DNA from: Ignicoccus hospitalis KIN4/I
GTDB taxonomy: Archaea; Thermoproteota; Thermoprotei_A; Sulfolobales; Ignicoccaceae
Reading direction: 5' to 3'
NCBI RefSeq assembly: GCF_000017945.1
Contig: NC_009776.1
Coordinates: forward strand, 1,020,001 to 1,052,000
DNA length: 32,000 bases
Part shown: piece by piece, positions 16,845 through 24,785 of the stretch
Layout: every line of letters starts with the position of its first letter
How positions within the stretch are numbered: position 1 is the first letter of the stretch
Translations under genes and position numbers: made by a program
The notes under the pieces: model-generated
What the model saw: only the letters and a program-made list of their open reading frames with translations
Databases searched by the model: none
What the model was told of the DNA's origin: nothing

Positions 16845-17575
16845 GGAAGGTCAAGTTCGTCCCCACCGGCGAGGGGCCCGAGGACCTCAAGGGCTCATTG
16901 CTCGTCACGGGCTTCATGGGCTTCGGCCTAGTGGGCTTCATAGCTACCGACTTCTTGCTGAACAAGCTAAAACCTAAGAAGATAGGGTACTTCGTCACCA
17001 AGTACTTGCCGGAGCAAGTGTCCTACTCGGAGGAGAGGGGGCTGGAGCTCCCCTTCGAGCTCTATTACAAAGAAGTGGATGGCAAGAAGATATTAATCTT
17101 AATGAACAGGTGGATACCCGTTACGGTGGAGAGGTTCGCTTACGCGGACTACGTCGTCAAGTGGGCTAAGAAGAGGGGAGTTGAAGCTATTTACGCCTTC
17201 GGGGGCTTGGACAACTCCTACAAGGAGGAGCCCAAGGAGAGGCTGAGGTGGGTCAAGACTAGACACTACGACGGCCCCTTGCCGGAGGGCAAGCCCATGA
17301 CTGGGGGGCTCAAGGTCATAGGCCCTCTGGCCCTCTTGCTGGCCTCCGCGGAGGTTAGGGGCGTGAAGGCTCTAGCGATATTGCCCTTCTGTGAGTCCAT
17401 GAGACAAGACCCGAGGGCCTCGGCGGTCGGACTTCAAGAGTTCGCGAGGATAGTGGACTTGAGCTTGGACGTGAGCGAGCTCGTGGAGAGGGCCGAGAGC
17501 ATAGAGTCGGAGCTGGAGAGGCTCCGGAAGATGTTGGAGTCCGGGGCCACCGGGAGGGAGTCTCACTACATGTAG
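16841..17575 (+). CDS. PAC2/proteasome-assembly-chaperone family protein
   Basis: LLVTGFMGFGLVGFIATDFLLNKLKPKKIGYF, YAFGGLDNSY, GPLALLLASAEVRGVKALAILP. Confidence 0.82.
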   Translation: MRKVKFVPTGEGPEDLKGSLLVTGFMGFGLVGFIATDFLLNKLKPKKIGYFVTKYLPEQVSYSEERGLELPFELYYKEVDGKKILILMNRWIPVTVERFAYADYVVKWAKKRGVEAIYAFGGLDNSYKEEPKERLRWVKTRHYDGPLPEGKPMTGGLKVIGPLALLLASAEVRGVKALAILPFCESMRQDPRASAVGLQEFARIVDLSLDVSELVERAESIESELERLRKMLESGATGRESHYM

Positions 17576-18111
17576 TCCTTTAACTTCTCCGCCAAGTCTT
17601 TGGGCAAGGGCTGCGGGCACTCTATTTGTGAAAAGGGGTAAGCCCCCTCCAGCCCCTCGGGCACCTTGAGCCCGCAGCCCGCCTCCACCTCTCCCTCGCC
17701 CACCTCCCTCGCCCTCCTCAACGACTCCATTAGGAAGTGGACCGACGGTGAGAGGGAGTCCGCCACGAAGAGCGCTCTAGGGTAGGAGTAGTCCGGACAC
17801 TCGAGCTTCAGCCTCCTCAACATCTCCAGCCCCCGGGAGGTGGTCCGGCAGACGAAGTCGGCGTACTGGAAGAAGCGCCCTATCGGTATTAGGGCCCTCG
17901 CGTACCTCAAGGCCCTCTCCACCCTCTCGGGGCCGATCACCACGTCGCACCCGGAGAGGACCTTCAAGGCGGCCTCGCACTCGTCCTTCGCCTCACAACA
18001 CTTGAGCTCCCCGCAGAGCTCCCTCGCGTTGGCGACCGGAGTCTCTATCCCTAAGTCCTTTATCACCAGCACTCTGGCCCCGCACTGGCCGGCCTTGTAG
18101 GAGGCCCTCAA
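17566..18111 (-). CDS. Hypothetical Cys-rich protein
   Basis: 181-aa ORF with CGELKCCEAKDECEAAL; 4-nt spacing from the Rpo8-like gene; 10-bp tail-to-tail overlap with the PAC2 gene. Confidence 0.65.
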   Translation of the reverse strand: MRASYKAGQCGARVLVIKDLGIETPVANARELCGELKCCEAKDECEAALKVLSGCDVVIGPERVERALRYARALIPIGRFFQYADFVCRTTSRGLEMLRRLKLECPDYSYPRALFVADSLSPSVHFLMESLRRAREVGEGEVEAGCGLKVPEGLEGAYPFSQIECPQPLPKDLAEKLKDYM

Positions 18112-18114
18112 GGC

Positions 18115-18447
18115 TTATTCCTCCTTCATTAGGCATATGTAGTACTTCACGTTTTCTTTAAACTTCTCTTGGAAGTTGTGCAGCACGACCACGAAGCCCC
18201 CTATTGAGAACAGCTTCTTGTCGCCGTCGTCCCTCACCAGAACTCCCCTGCCGCAGAAGTCCACCCCTTGCTTGAACTGCGGCACCTCCTCGCTCACTAC
18301 GAACCTCGCGGCCTCGCCCTTTACGAACGTTATCAAGTCCTCGTGTAACAGCATTTCCACCTTCTTGTCGTCGCACTCAAACACCAATATGTTGGTGTAT
18401 GGTATCTTACCCTTCTGTATGTCGGTAACCTTGCCGCTGCACTCCAA
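18115..18447 (-). CDS. Candidate archaeal RNA polymerase subunit Rpo8/RpoG
   Basis: 110 aa; VDFCGRGVLVRDDGDKKLFSIGGFVVVLH...ENVKYYICL resembles the crenarchaeal Rpo8 pattern DFCGHGYIV...IISLYGLLVKI...IYFCVKK. Confidence 0.62.
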   Translation of the reverse strand: MECSGKVTDIQKGKIPYTNILVFECDDKKVEMLLHEDLITFVKGEAARFVVSEEVPQFKQGVDFCGRGVLVRDDGDKKLFSIGGFVVVLHNFQEKFKENVKYYICLMKEE

Positions 18448-18513
18448 CCCAAGCCCCGCCGCCGCCTCGAAAAAGGGCTTAATTTCTAAGCCGGAGGGGT
18501 AGGGTAAGGGGAG

Positions 18514-19467
18514 TTGTGGAAGAGAATAGCACTGGGGCTGGCGATCACCGCAGCTGTCATGTGGATTTACATCAAGCTCGCCGGGGTGGACTTGGGCGCG
18601 TTCTGCAAGGTCCCCTTGTACGCGGTCGTAGCTTCGGTGGCCCTCAGCGCCTTGTCAGACGCCGTGAGGGCCTTCAGGTTGAAGCTCCTCACCAAAGGGG
18701 TGGGGGAGGAGCTCAGCCTGAAGGATTCCTTACTCGTATGGGAGGCGTCCAGGCTCTTGGCCGCCTTGACGCCGGGCTTCTACGGGGGCGAGGTGTTGAG
18801 AATAAGCACACTATCCAAGAAGTTCGGCATAAATAAGTCGATCGCAGTAAACGTGCTGGAGACCACCTCGGAAGCGGTAGCTATAGGGGTAAACTCCTTC
18901 GTGGCCTTCGCGATGCTATGGCTGGGCGGCTTCAAAGTTAACGTGGCACCCCTGATCTTCCCCGTCCTCATGGGGGTGGCCCAAGCCCTCGGGGGCTCCT
19001 TGGTCCCCGCCCTCAACTGCCCTAAGGCGCTCAAGGGAAAGGCTAGGGAGCTGTGCGAGGGGATAAGGGAAGCGATAAGCCTGGCCGGCTACGGGACCTT
19101 CGGCTTGGCGGTGCTAGTCTCCACAGTGGGGGTGGCCTTGTACGTCATGTCTTTCGGGGTGATAGCTTCTGCCTTGGAGAGGGCCGGAACTGTGGGGACT
19201 TTGGTCTTCGCGAGCGCGCTCCCGCTGACGGCGATCCCCATAACCCCGGGGGGCGTGGGGCTCCCGGAGAGCGCTTGTACGCTCGCCTACCCCAAGCTGG
19301 CGGAGAGCTTGGCCGTTTGGAGGATAATAAACTTGACCTCCACGGTGTTGGCCTCCACGGCCTCCCTCAGCCTCTTGGGGCTCTTGTCCTCAACTCCTTC
19401 GCTCCCTCGGGGACTACTAGGACGTGGTAGTCGTCCCTCCCGCCGTACGGTTCCCAGTGAACCATGA
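18514..19467 (+). CDS. Flippase/AglD-like (UPF0104/LPG synthase TM) membrane protein
   Basis: Multi-TM, SRLLAALTPGFYGGEVLRISTLSKKFGINKSIAVNVLE and LPLTAIPITPGGVGLPESA, characteristic of PF03706-type proteins. Confidence 0.85.
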   Translation: MWKRIALGLAITAAVMWIYIKLAGVDLGAFCKVPLYAVVASVALSALSDAVRAFRLKLLTKGVGEELSLKDSLLVWEASRLLAALTPGFYGGEVLRISTLSKKFGINKSIAVNVLETTSEAVAIGVNSFVAFAMLWLGGFKVNVAPLIFPVLMGVAQALGGSLVPALNCPKALKGKARELCEGIREAISLAGYGTFGLAVLVSTVGVALYVMSFGVIASALERAGTVGTLVFASALPLTAIPITPGGVGLPESACTLAYPKLAESLAVWRIINLTSTVLASTASLSLLGLLSSTPSLPRGLLGRGSRPSRRTVPSEP

Positions 19468-19852
19468 CCACCTTCCCCTTGACGATGCTCCTAAACCTCC
19501 TCACCTCTCCCTTGCCCGTAAGGCCGTAGGCGTAGGTGTCTCCCTCCTCCAGCTCGTCCCCCTCCTTTACCGTGACTCCGACCTTCACGTGGGAGACCTT
19601 GAAGAGCTTCACCTTGCTCCCCTTGGGGACTAGTATGGCCTTGTCCTCGTTAGGCAAGTGTATTAGGAAGGTGACCTTCGCCTCCTCCTTGAGCTTGTCC
19701 ACTATCTCGTCCAGGGGGATCTCGTAGGGCACCTTGCCCAACGCGCCCGGGACCTTCTCTTTAACGAAAACTACTTCGTCGCCCTCCACCACGGCGTACT
19801 CCTCCCCTTCCTTGCCCTCCACGAACAGCCGGGGGAACTTGTAGGGGTCCAT
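19367..19852 (-). CDS. DUF2118-like archaeal conserved protein
   Basis: LPRLFV..., FKVSHVKVGVTVKEGDELEEGDTYAYGLTGKGEVRRFRSIVKGKVVMV (biotinyl/lipoyl-like hybrid motif), DDYHVLVV. Confidence 0.75.
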   Translation of the reverse strand: MDPYKFPRLFVEGKEGEEYAVVEGDEVVFVKEKVPGALGKVPYEIPLDEIVDKLKEEAKVTFLIHLPNEDKAILVPKGSKVKLFKVSHVKVGVTVKEGDELEEGDTYAYGLTGKGEVRRFRSIVKGKVVMVHWEPYGGRDDYHVLVVPEGAKELRTRAPRG

Positions 19853-20880
19853 CAGTACTCCCTCTTAACCGCAAAGTCCACGAGCTCTTTCAGCGCTCTC
19901 ATTGCCTCCTCGTCCTCGAACCGCACGGTCTCCAATATCTCGTACGCCCTCTTCTCGAACTCTTCGGCGAGCTTCATTGCGTAGTCGAGGGCACCGGACC
20001 TCTTTATCAGTTCAGCGACCTCTTCCAACGCCTCGTAAGAAGTTTCCCTACCTAAGACCGACTTCACCCTCTCGGCCTCGTCCCTCGGCAAGTTCCTTAA
20101 TGCGTATATCACGAGTATCGTTTTCTTTCCCTCTCTCAGGTCGTTGTACTTCGGCTTCCCGGTGACCTTCTCGTCTCCCAACAGCGAGAGTACGTCGTCC
20201 TTTATTTGGAAGGCCTTCCCGAGTATTAGGCCGAACTCCTTCATGAGGTCCTTAACCTCCCTCTTGTTTGCTGTCAAAGCCCCCAGCGCGGCGGAGGCGC
20301 CGAAGAGGGCGCCGGTCTTCTTCTCTATCATCTCTAGGTACTCCTCCTCCGTCACGTCCCAGCGCTTCTCGAACTCCATGTCCATGGCTTGTCCCTCGGC
20401 GACCGTTACGGCGCTCCACGTTAGCACTTCCGTCATCTCCTTTACGAGGTCCGGGGGTTGGGGGGACTGGAGCAAGGCCTCGTAAGCCTTCGCGTAGAGC
20501 AAGTCGCCGGCGAGTATGGCCATGGACTCCCCGTAGAGGACGTGGACCGTGGGCACCCCCCGCCTCAACTCGTCCCTATCCATTATGTCGTCGTGCACCA
20601 GGGTAAAGTTGTGTAAGAGCTCCACCGCGGCCGCGGCGGGCAAGGCGCCCTCCACCTCGCCCCCGAGGGCCTTGTTCACCAAGAGGACCAAGGCGGGCCT
20701 CAGCCTCTTGCCCCCCTTGGAGGGCAAGTGTCTCGCGGCCTCGTAGAGTTCCTTGGGGCTCCCCTCTAGGACTTCCATGATCTTCTTGTCGACCAGAGGT
20801 CTGAACTCGCTGAGGTAGCGCGTTAACGTTTCCACGACTGGTCCCCTAGGCCGCGGAAACGGGATCTTAAAAGGGGTCAA
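19852..20880 (-). CDS. Polyprenyl (geranylgeranyl/farnesyl) diphosphate synthase
   Basis: GGKRLRPALVLL, LVHDDIMDRDELRRGVPTVH (first Asp-rich motif), GKAFQIKDDVLSLLGD (second Asp-rich motif). Confidence 0.95.
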   Translation of the reverse strand: MTPFKIPFPRPRGPVVETLTRYLSEFRPLVDKKIMEVLEGSPKELYEAARHLPSKGGKRLRPALVLLVNKALGGEVEGALPAAAAVELLHNFTLVHDDIMDRDELRRGVPTVHVLYGESMAILAGDLLYAKAYEALLQSPQPPDLVKEMTEVLTWSAVTVAEGQAMDMEFEKRWDVTEEEYLEMIEKKTGALFGASAALGALTANKREVKDLMKEFGLILGKAFQIKDDVLSLLGDEKVTGKPKYNDLREGKKTILVIYALRNLPRDEAERVKSVLGRETSYEALEEVAELIKRSGALDYAMKLAEEFEKRAYEILETVRFEDEEAMRALKELVDFAVKREY

Positions 20881-20930
20881 CCGGTCCGTGAAGCCGTCAT
20901 CCCAGCCGGTCGTTTACCGCTAAAAGCCGT

Positions 20931-22130
20931 TCATCCCCCGAAGAACTCGTCCGCCAGCAGCTCTTCTTTCTTCTCTTCCTTCCCTTTTTCCTCTCCTCCC
21001 TTCTCCTCTTCCTCTTTCCTCTCCCCGCCCTCCTCGAACAGCAGTCCCTCCTCCGGTATCTCCTCCTCTTCGCCGCCCAACATCTCCTCGCCGAAGAAGG
21101 CCTCCTCGCCGAGCTCCGGCGGGGCCTCTGCTGTGACCTCCACCTCCTTCGCCTCCTTCTTCAGCAGCTCCTTCGCTATGTTCTTTATCCTCTCGACCAA
21201 GTAAGGTTCGGTAAGGTCCAGCACTATTATGTTCTTCATCTGGACTAACATTGAGGCCTCAAAGGCGTTGGCCGGGAGTATGATGACGTAACGGTCCACG
21301 CCAGTGTCCAAGGCCTTGGGCACTCTGGAGGTTATCGCTAGCGAGGGGTCCTTCTCCTCTGCGAAGTCTATCGCCAACACGCGCCCTTGCGGGGTCCTCG
21401 CGATTATGTCGAACACGTGCTCTATGCCGCTCCTCCCCCTCTCCTTGCCGGGGCTCTCCACCATGAGGCCGAGTTCCTTCAAGGCCTCAATTATGTCTTG
21501 CTTGTGCAGCTCCCCGCTGGTCAACAGCCTCTGGCCCAGGGGGGTTAGGGTGAACTCGTACACTGGCTCGTAGCTGGTATTGAGGTAGTCGAACTGGTGG
21601 CCGCAGTTCCTACAGTAGAACACTATGAGCGGCTTGTTGCTCTTCCTCTTACAGTTCAAGCACTCGAAGACCTTACCTATGACGACGTAGTCGAGGCCCT
21701 CCTTCCTCAAGGGCCTCTTACACTTGGGGCACACCAGCTGGCCGGTGTTGGGGTCCCTGAACTTGGACTCCGTGTCTATGTAGCCACACAAGGTGTGCTG
21801 GATTATGTAGGTGGGCTCTATGTTAAAGCTCTTACACCAGGGGCAGAGCAGCCTAGAGGAGACGTGTATTGAGCCGCATCGCGGACAGTGGATAAGCCTG
21901 TCCACAATCGACTTGTCGACCAACTTGTACCTTATGAGCTTTTCAATCGTGCTCCTCCAGTTGGGCAAGTCCTCGAAGGGAGGGTACCTAATTCCGGTCT
22001 CCAGCCCTATCTTGGGCCTAACCGAACCCATCTTGAATATCGTAATTAGGATCTTGCGCGCTATAGGGTCGCTTATGAGCTCCTTCTTAACCTCCTCCGG
22101 GATGCCTAGGGTCGTGGGCTGAAAGGACAC
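20931..22130 (-). CDS. Multi-zinc-ribbon protein with a C-terminal acidic tail
   Basis: CPRCG, CPWCK, CPKCKRP, CLNCK, CRNCG motifs; central alpha/beta region VFDIIARTPQGRVLAIDFAEE...RYVIILPANAF; ~60-aa Glu/Lys-rich tail. Confidence 0.75.
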   Translation of the reverse strand: MSFQPTTLGIPEEVKKELISDPIARKILITIFKMGSVRPKIGLETGIRYPPFEDLPNWRSTIEKLIRYKLVDKSIVDRLIHCPRCGSIHVSSRLLCPWCKSFNIEPTYIIQHTLCGYIDTESKFRDPNTGQLVCPKCKRPLRKEGLDYVVIGKVFECLNCKRKSNKPLIVFYCRNCGHQFDYLNTSYEPVYEFTLTPLGQRLLTSGELHKQDIIEALKELGLMVESPGKERGRSGIEHVFDIIARTPQGRVLAIDFAEEKDPSLAITSRVPKALDTGVDRYVIILPANAFEASMLVQMKNIIVLDLTEPYLVERIKNIAKELLKKEAKEVEVTAEAPPELGEEAFFGEEMLGGEEEEIPEEGLLFEEGGERKEEEEKGGEEKGKEEKKEELLADEFFGG

Positions 22131-22181
22131 TAACGCTCCCGACGCTACGGGTTCACTTCGCCCTTTATTAAATGTGGAGTT

Positions 22182-23987
22182 CTAGAGGTAGCCCCTAAGG
22201 GCCGCCTCCACCGCCGCCGCCAAGGCGCGGGCCGGGTCGCAGCCCCCTTCCCCGAGCACGAAGGAGCACTCCCCCACCCTCGCCTTAACTCTGTTCCCTA
22301 CCTTGCTCAAGTATATTTTCTCGGTTACTATAATTCCCTTAGCCCTCTCGATGTCGTCCTTAGTGAAGCTGGTCCCCAAGAGTTCGGCCACCTTAGGCGC
22401 CAACTCCTCCACAGCCCGGACCCTCTCCTTTATCAAGGTCGCCTTCCCCCACTCCTCCACCAAGTCCAAGTCCCCTCCGCCGTAGTCCAGCACCTTCGGC
22501 CTGACCTTGATGAAGGCCGGCTTGGGGAGCGCCGGGCCGACCACTATGGCTTCCCCGGGCTTGAGGGAGGGCAAGTCCGAAGCCAGCCTCGCCCCCAGCT
22601 CCTCCGAGGAGTTCGCCACCGCCTCTTGATCCTTCGGGTTAATTATCCTCATTATTATTTGACTCTGACACTGGCTGAGGACCGTTTGGTCCACCCTGCT
22701 GGGCCTCTGGGTTATTATGGTGAGCAGCACTCCGAACTTCCTCCCCTCCGAGGCAATCCTCTTCAGTAAGCTCGTGGTCCAAACGTTCTCCTCGGACGGG
22801 GGAGGGGCGAAGCGGTGGGCCTCCTCGACCACCACCATTACCGGGAAGGGGTACTTCTCCCCGGGCACCTCCCTCATGTACCTCACCCTCGCTTCGAATA
22901 TCCTCTTGAGGACGTCGTATACCAAGTGGACTTGGACCTCCTTCTTTATGCCGCTCAAGTTGAACACGGTCGCGGTGGAGGGCCTCAAGAACGACATTAA
23001 GGGTGTGGGTCTAGTGTCGTACACGCCGAGCCTCTCCAGCTCAGAGACGTACTTTATTAAGTCGTAGACCGGGTCGGGGCCCTTCCTAACCACGCTCCAC
23101 AGCTTCTTCACCGCCTTCTCTTCTATGGGAAAGTCTCTGGACTTGAGGAGCGAGGCGAACTGGTTGAAGGAGCGAGACACCTCCGAGGCCTCCGCCACCG
23201 CGTTTAGGTACTCCACCATCCTCCTCAAGCTTAGGGCCTCCCGGTCGCCCCCCTCCTTGAAGGCCTTCTGCGCGGCCGACCTGACCCCTTCCAGCACTGC
23301 CCTTATCCTCGTAGCGGTCTTGGGTATCCCCATGACGAACGCGAGTTCGTCGGTATCTACCGTGGTCAAGTCTATCTTGTAGAGCACGTCCCCCTCTTGA
23401 TCGGCGTGGGCCTTCAGTACTAACGCGTCCCCTCCGAGCTCCTCCACCTTCTCCTTTATCGGTACGTACTCGCCGTGAGGGTCCAGTATTAAGACGGTAG
23501 CGCCCTTCTTCAACAGCTCCTCTATCAAGACCACGCTGGTCCAAGTCTTCCCGGAGCCCGTAGCCGCTATTATTGCTAAGTGTCTCACCAAGGCGTTCAT
23601 GTCCAATCTTATTGGGACCGAGGGCCTGTTCTTCAAGTTTCCAATCCATAGCGCCCTCTCCTCGGGAACCTCGTAGAGCGCCGAGACGTCCTCGTCGGAA
23701 GCTAAGTACACCCACTGTCCTACTGAAGGTGTCCCCTCGTCCAAGCTCCTCACCCTCGCTAAGGCGACGGCTGTCTTGCCGTCCAACGGCATCTTGGCTG
23801 CCACGTCCCACGGGACGTCGGAGGGCAAGAACGGCTTGACCCTTATCCACTCCACGTAACCCAACACCTTCTTGCCGTCCTCCTCAAAGTATACAAATTC
23901 GAACTTGCTCAGCTTCGTAGAGCTGTCGAGAACTACGGTATAGGTGTCAAGCCCCTCTACCTCCACCACCCTCCCGACGACCTTCAC
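22182..23987 (-). CDS. HerA-type/DUF87 FtsK-like ATPase
   Basis: Walker A AATGSGKTWTSVVLIEELL, DPHGEY, Walker B FPVMVVVEEAHRFAP, RPSRVDQTVLSQCQSQIIMRI. Confidence 0.93.
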   Translation of the reverse strand: MKVVGRVVEVEGLDTYTVVLDSSTKLSKFEFVYFEEDGKKVLGYVEWIRVKPFLPSDVPWDVAAKMPLDGKTAVALARVRSLDEGTPSVGQWVYLASDEDVSALYEVPEERALWIGNLKNRPSVPIRLDMNALVRHLAIIAATGSGKTWTSVVLIEELLKKGATVLILDPHGEYVPIKEKVEELGGDALVLKAHADQEGDVLYKIDLTTVDTDELAFVMGIPKTATRIRAVLEGVRSAAQKAFKEGGDREALSLRRMVEYLNAVAEASEVSRSFNQFASLLKSRDFPIEEKAVKKLWSVVRKGPDPVYDLIKYVSELERLGVYDTRPTPLMSFLRPSTATVFNLSGIKKEVQVHLVYDVLKRIFEARVRYMREVPGEKYPFPVMVVVEEAHRFAPPPSEENVWTTSLLKRIASEGRKFGVLLTIITQRPSRVDQTVLSQCQSQIIMRIINPKDQEAVANSSEELGARLASDLPSLKPGEAIVVGPALPKPAFIKVRPKVLDYGGGDLDLVEEWGKATLIKERVRAVEELAPKVAELLGTSFTKDDIERAKGIIVTEKIYLSKVGNRVKARVGECSFVLGEGGCDPARALAAAVEAALRGYL

Positions 23988-24062
23988 AACCGCTTCCTCG
24001 CGGCTTCTTTTGGAACCCTAGGTATATGGGGGCAGAGGGGGCGCCGTCAGTGGCGGAGCCCT

Positions 24063-24785
24063 TTGAGGGCGCACTTCTTGGGCACGGGCCCGGCCAGCGG
24101 GTGGCCGGCCTACGGGAAGGAGACGGAGAAGAGGAGGAGGCCCAGCACTTACGCCTTCGAGTGCGGGGAGGCCAAGTTCTTTATAGACGTGGGCTCTTGG
24201 GAGGCCGCCTTAGAGGGGGCGAAGAGGCTGGGGAACGTAGACTTCATCTTGATAAGCCACGCCCACGTGGACCACTGGGGAGGGTTGAACTTCTTCCGCT
24301 GGGGCCCCGAGATGCCCACGTTCTCCATCAAGGAGACGTTCGAGCACCCCTACTTCAGAGAGATCAAGGACGCCCCGTTCTCCCTCAAGCTCCTCGAGGT
24401 AAGACCCTTTGAAACGTTTGAAATAAAGGGAGTGAAGATAACTCCCTTCCCCTTGAACCACTCCATACCGGCCAGCGGGTTCTTAGTGGAGTGTGGGAGC
24501 AAGCTGGCCTACGCGCTGGACACCAAGTGGCTGCCGCAAGAGAGCTTGGAGCTCTTGAAGGGCTCGGTGGACTACCTAATAGTGGACGCCGCCTTGCCGA
24601 AGGGCGAGGAGGGAGCGCACAACACTTACGAGGAAGCGTTGAGGTTGGGGAAGGAGATAGGAGCTAAGGTGGTCTTCGCGGTTCACTTGCTGCCCTCGGT
24701 TAGGGAGGCGGAAGTGCTGGCGGAGGGAGAGGCGCTGGGGGTGAAGGTCGAGGTCCCCGACGACGGCGATTCCTTCGAACTTTGA
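24063..24785 (+). CDS. MBL-fold metal-dependent hydrolase (PhnP/RNase Z-like)
   Basis: FLGTGPASGWPAYG, ISHAHVDHWGGL (HxHxDH), PLNHSIPASGFLVE, LAYALDTKW. Confidence 0.88.
   Translation: MRAHFLGTGPASGWPAYGKETEKRRRPSTYAFECGEAKFFIDVGSWEAALEGAKRLGNVDFILISHAHVDHWGGLNFFRWGPEMPTFSIKETFEHPYFREIKDAPFSLKLLEVRPFETFEIKGVKITPFPLNHSIPASGFLVECGSKLAYALDTKWLPQESLELLKGSVDYLIVDAALPKGEEGAHNTYEEALRLGKEIGAKVVFAVHLLPSVREAEVLAEGEALGVKVEVPDDGDSFEL

Noticed and set aside
20268-20606. 112-aa Arg/Ser/Pro-rich ORF opposite the prenyl synthase
   Set aside because: Composition (RRRRRGRRSSS...) is an out-of-frame artefact of GC-rich coding sequence.
23086-23850. 254-aa minus-strand ORF overlapping the HerA gene in another frame
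   Set aside because: Arg/Gly/Asp-rich shadow frame of a convincing HerA-type ATPase.
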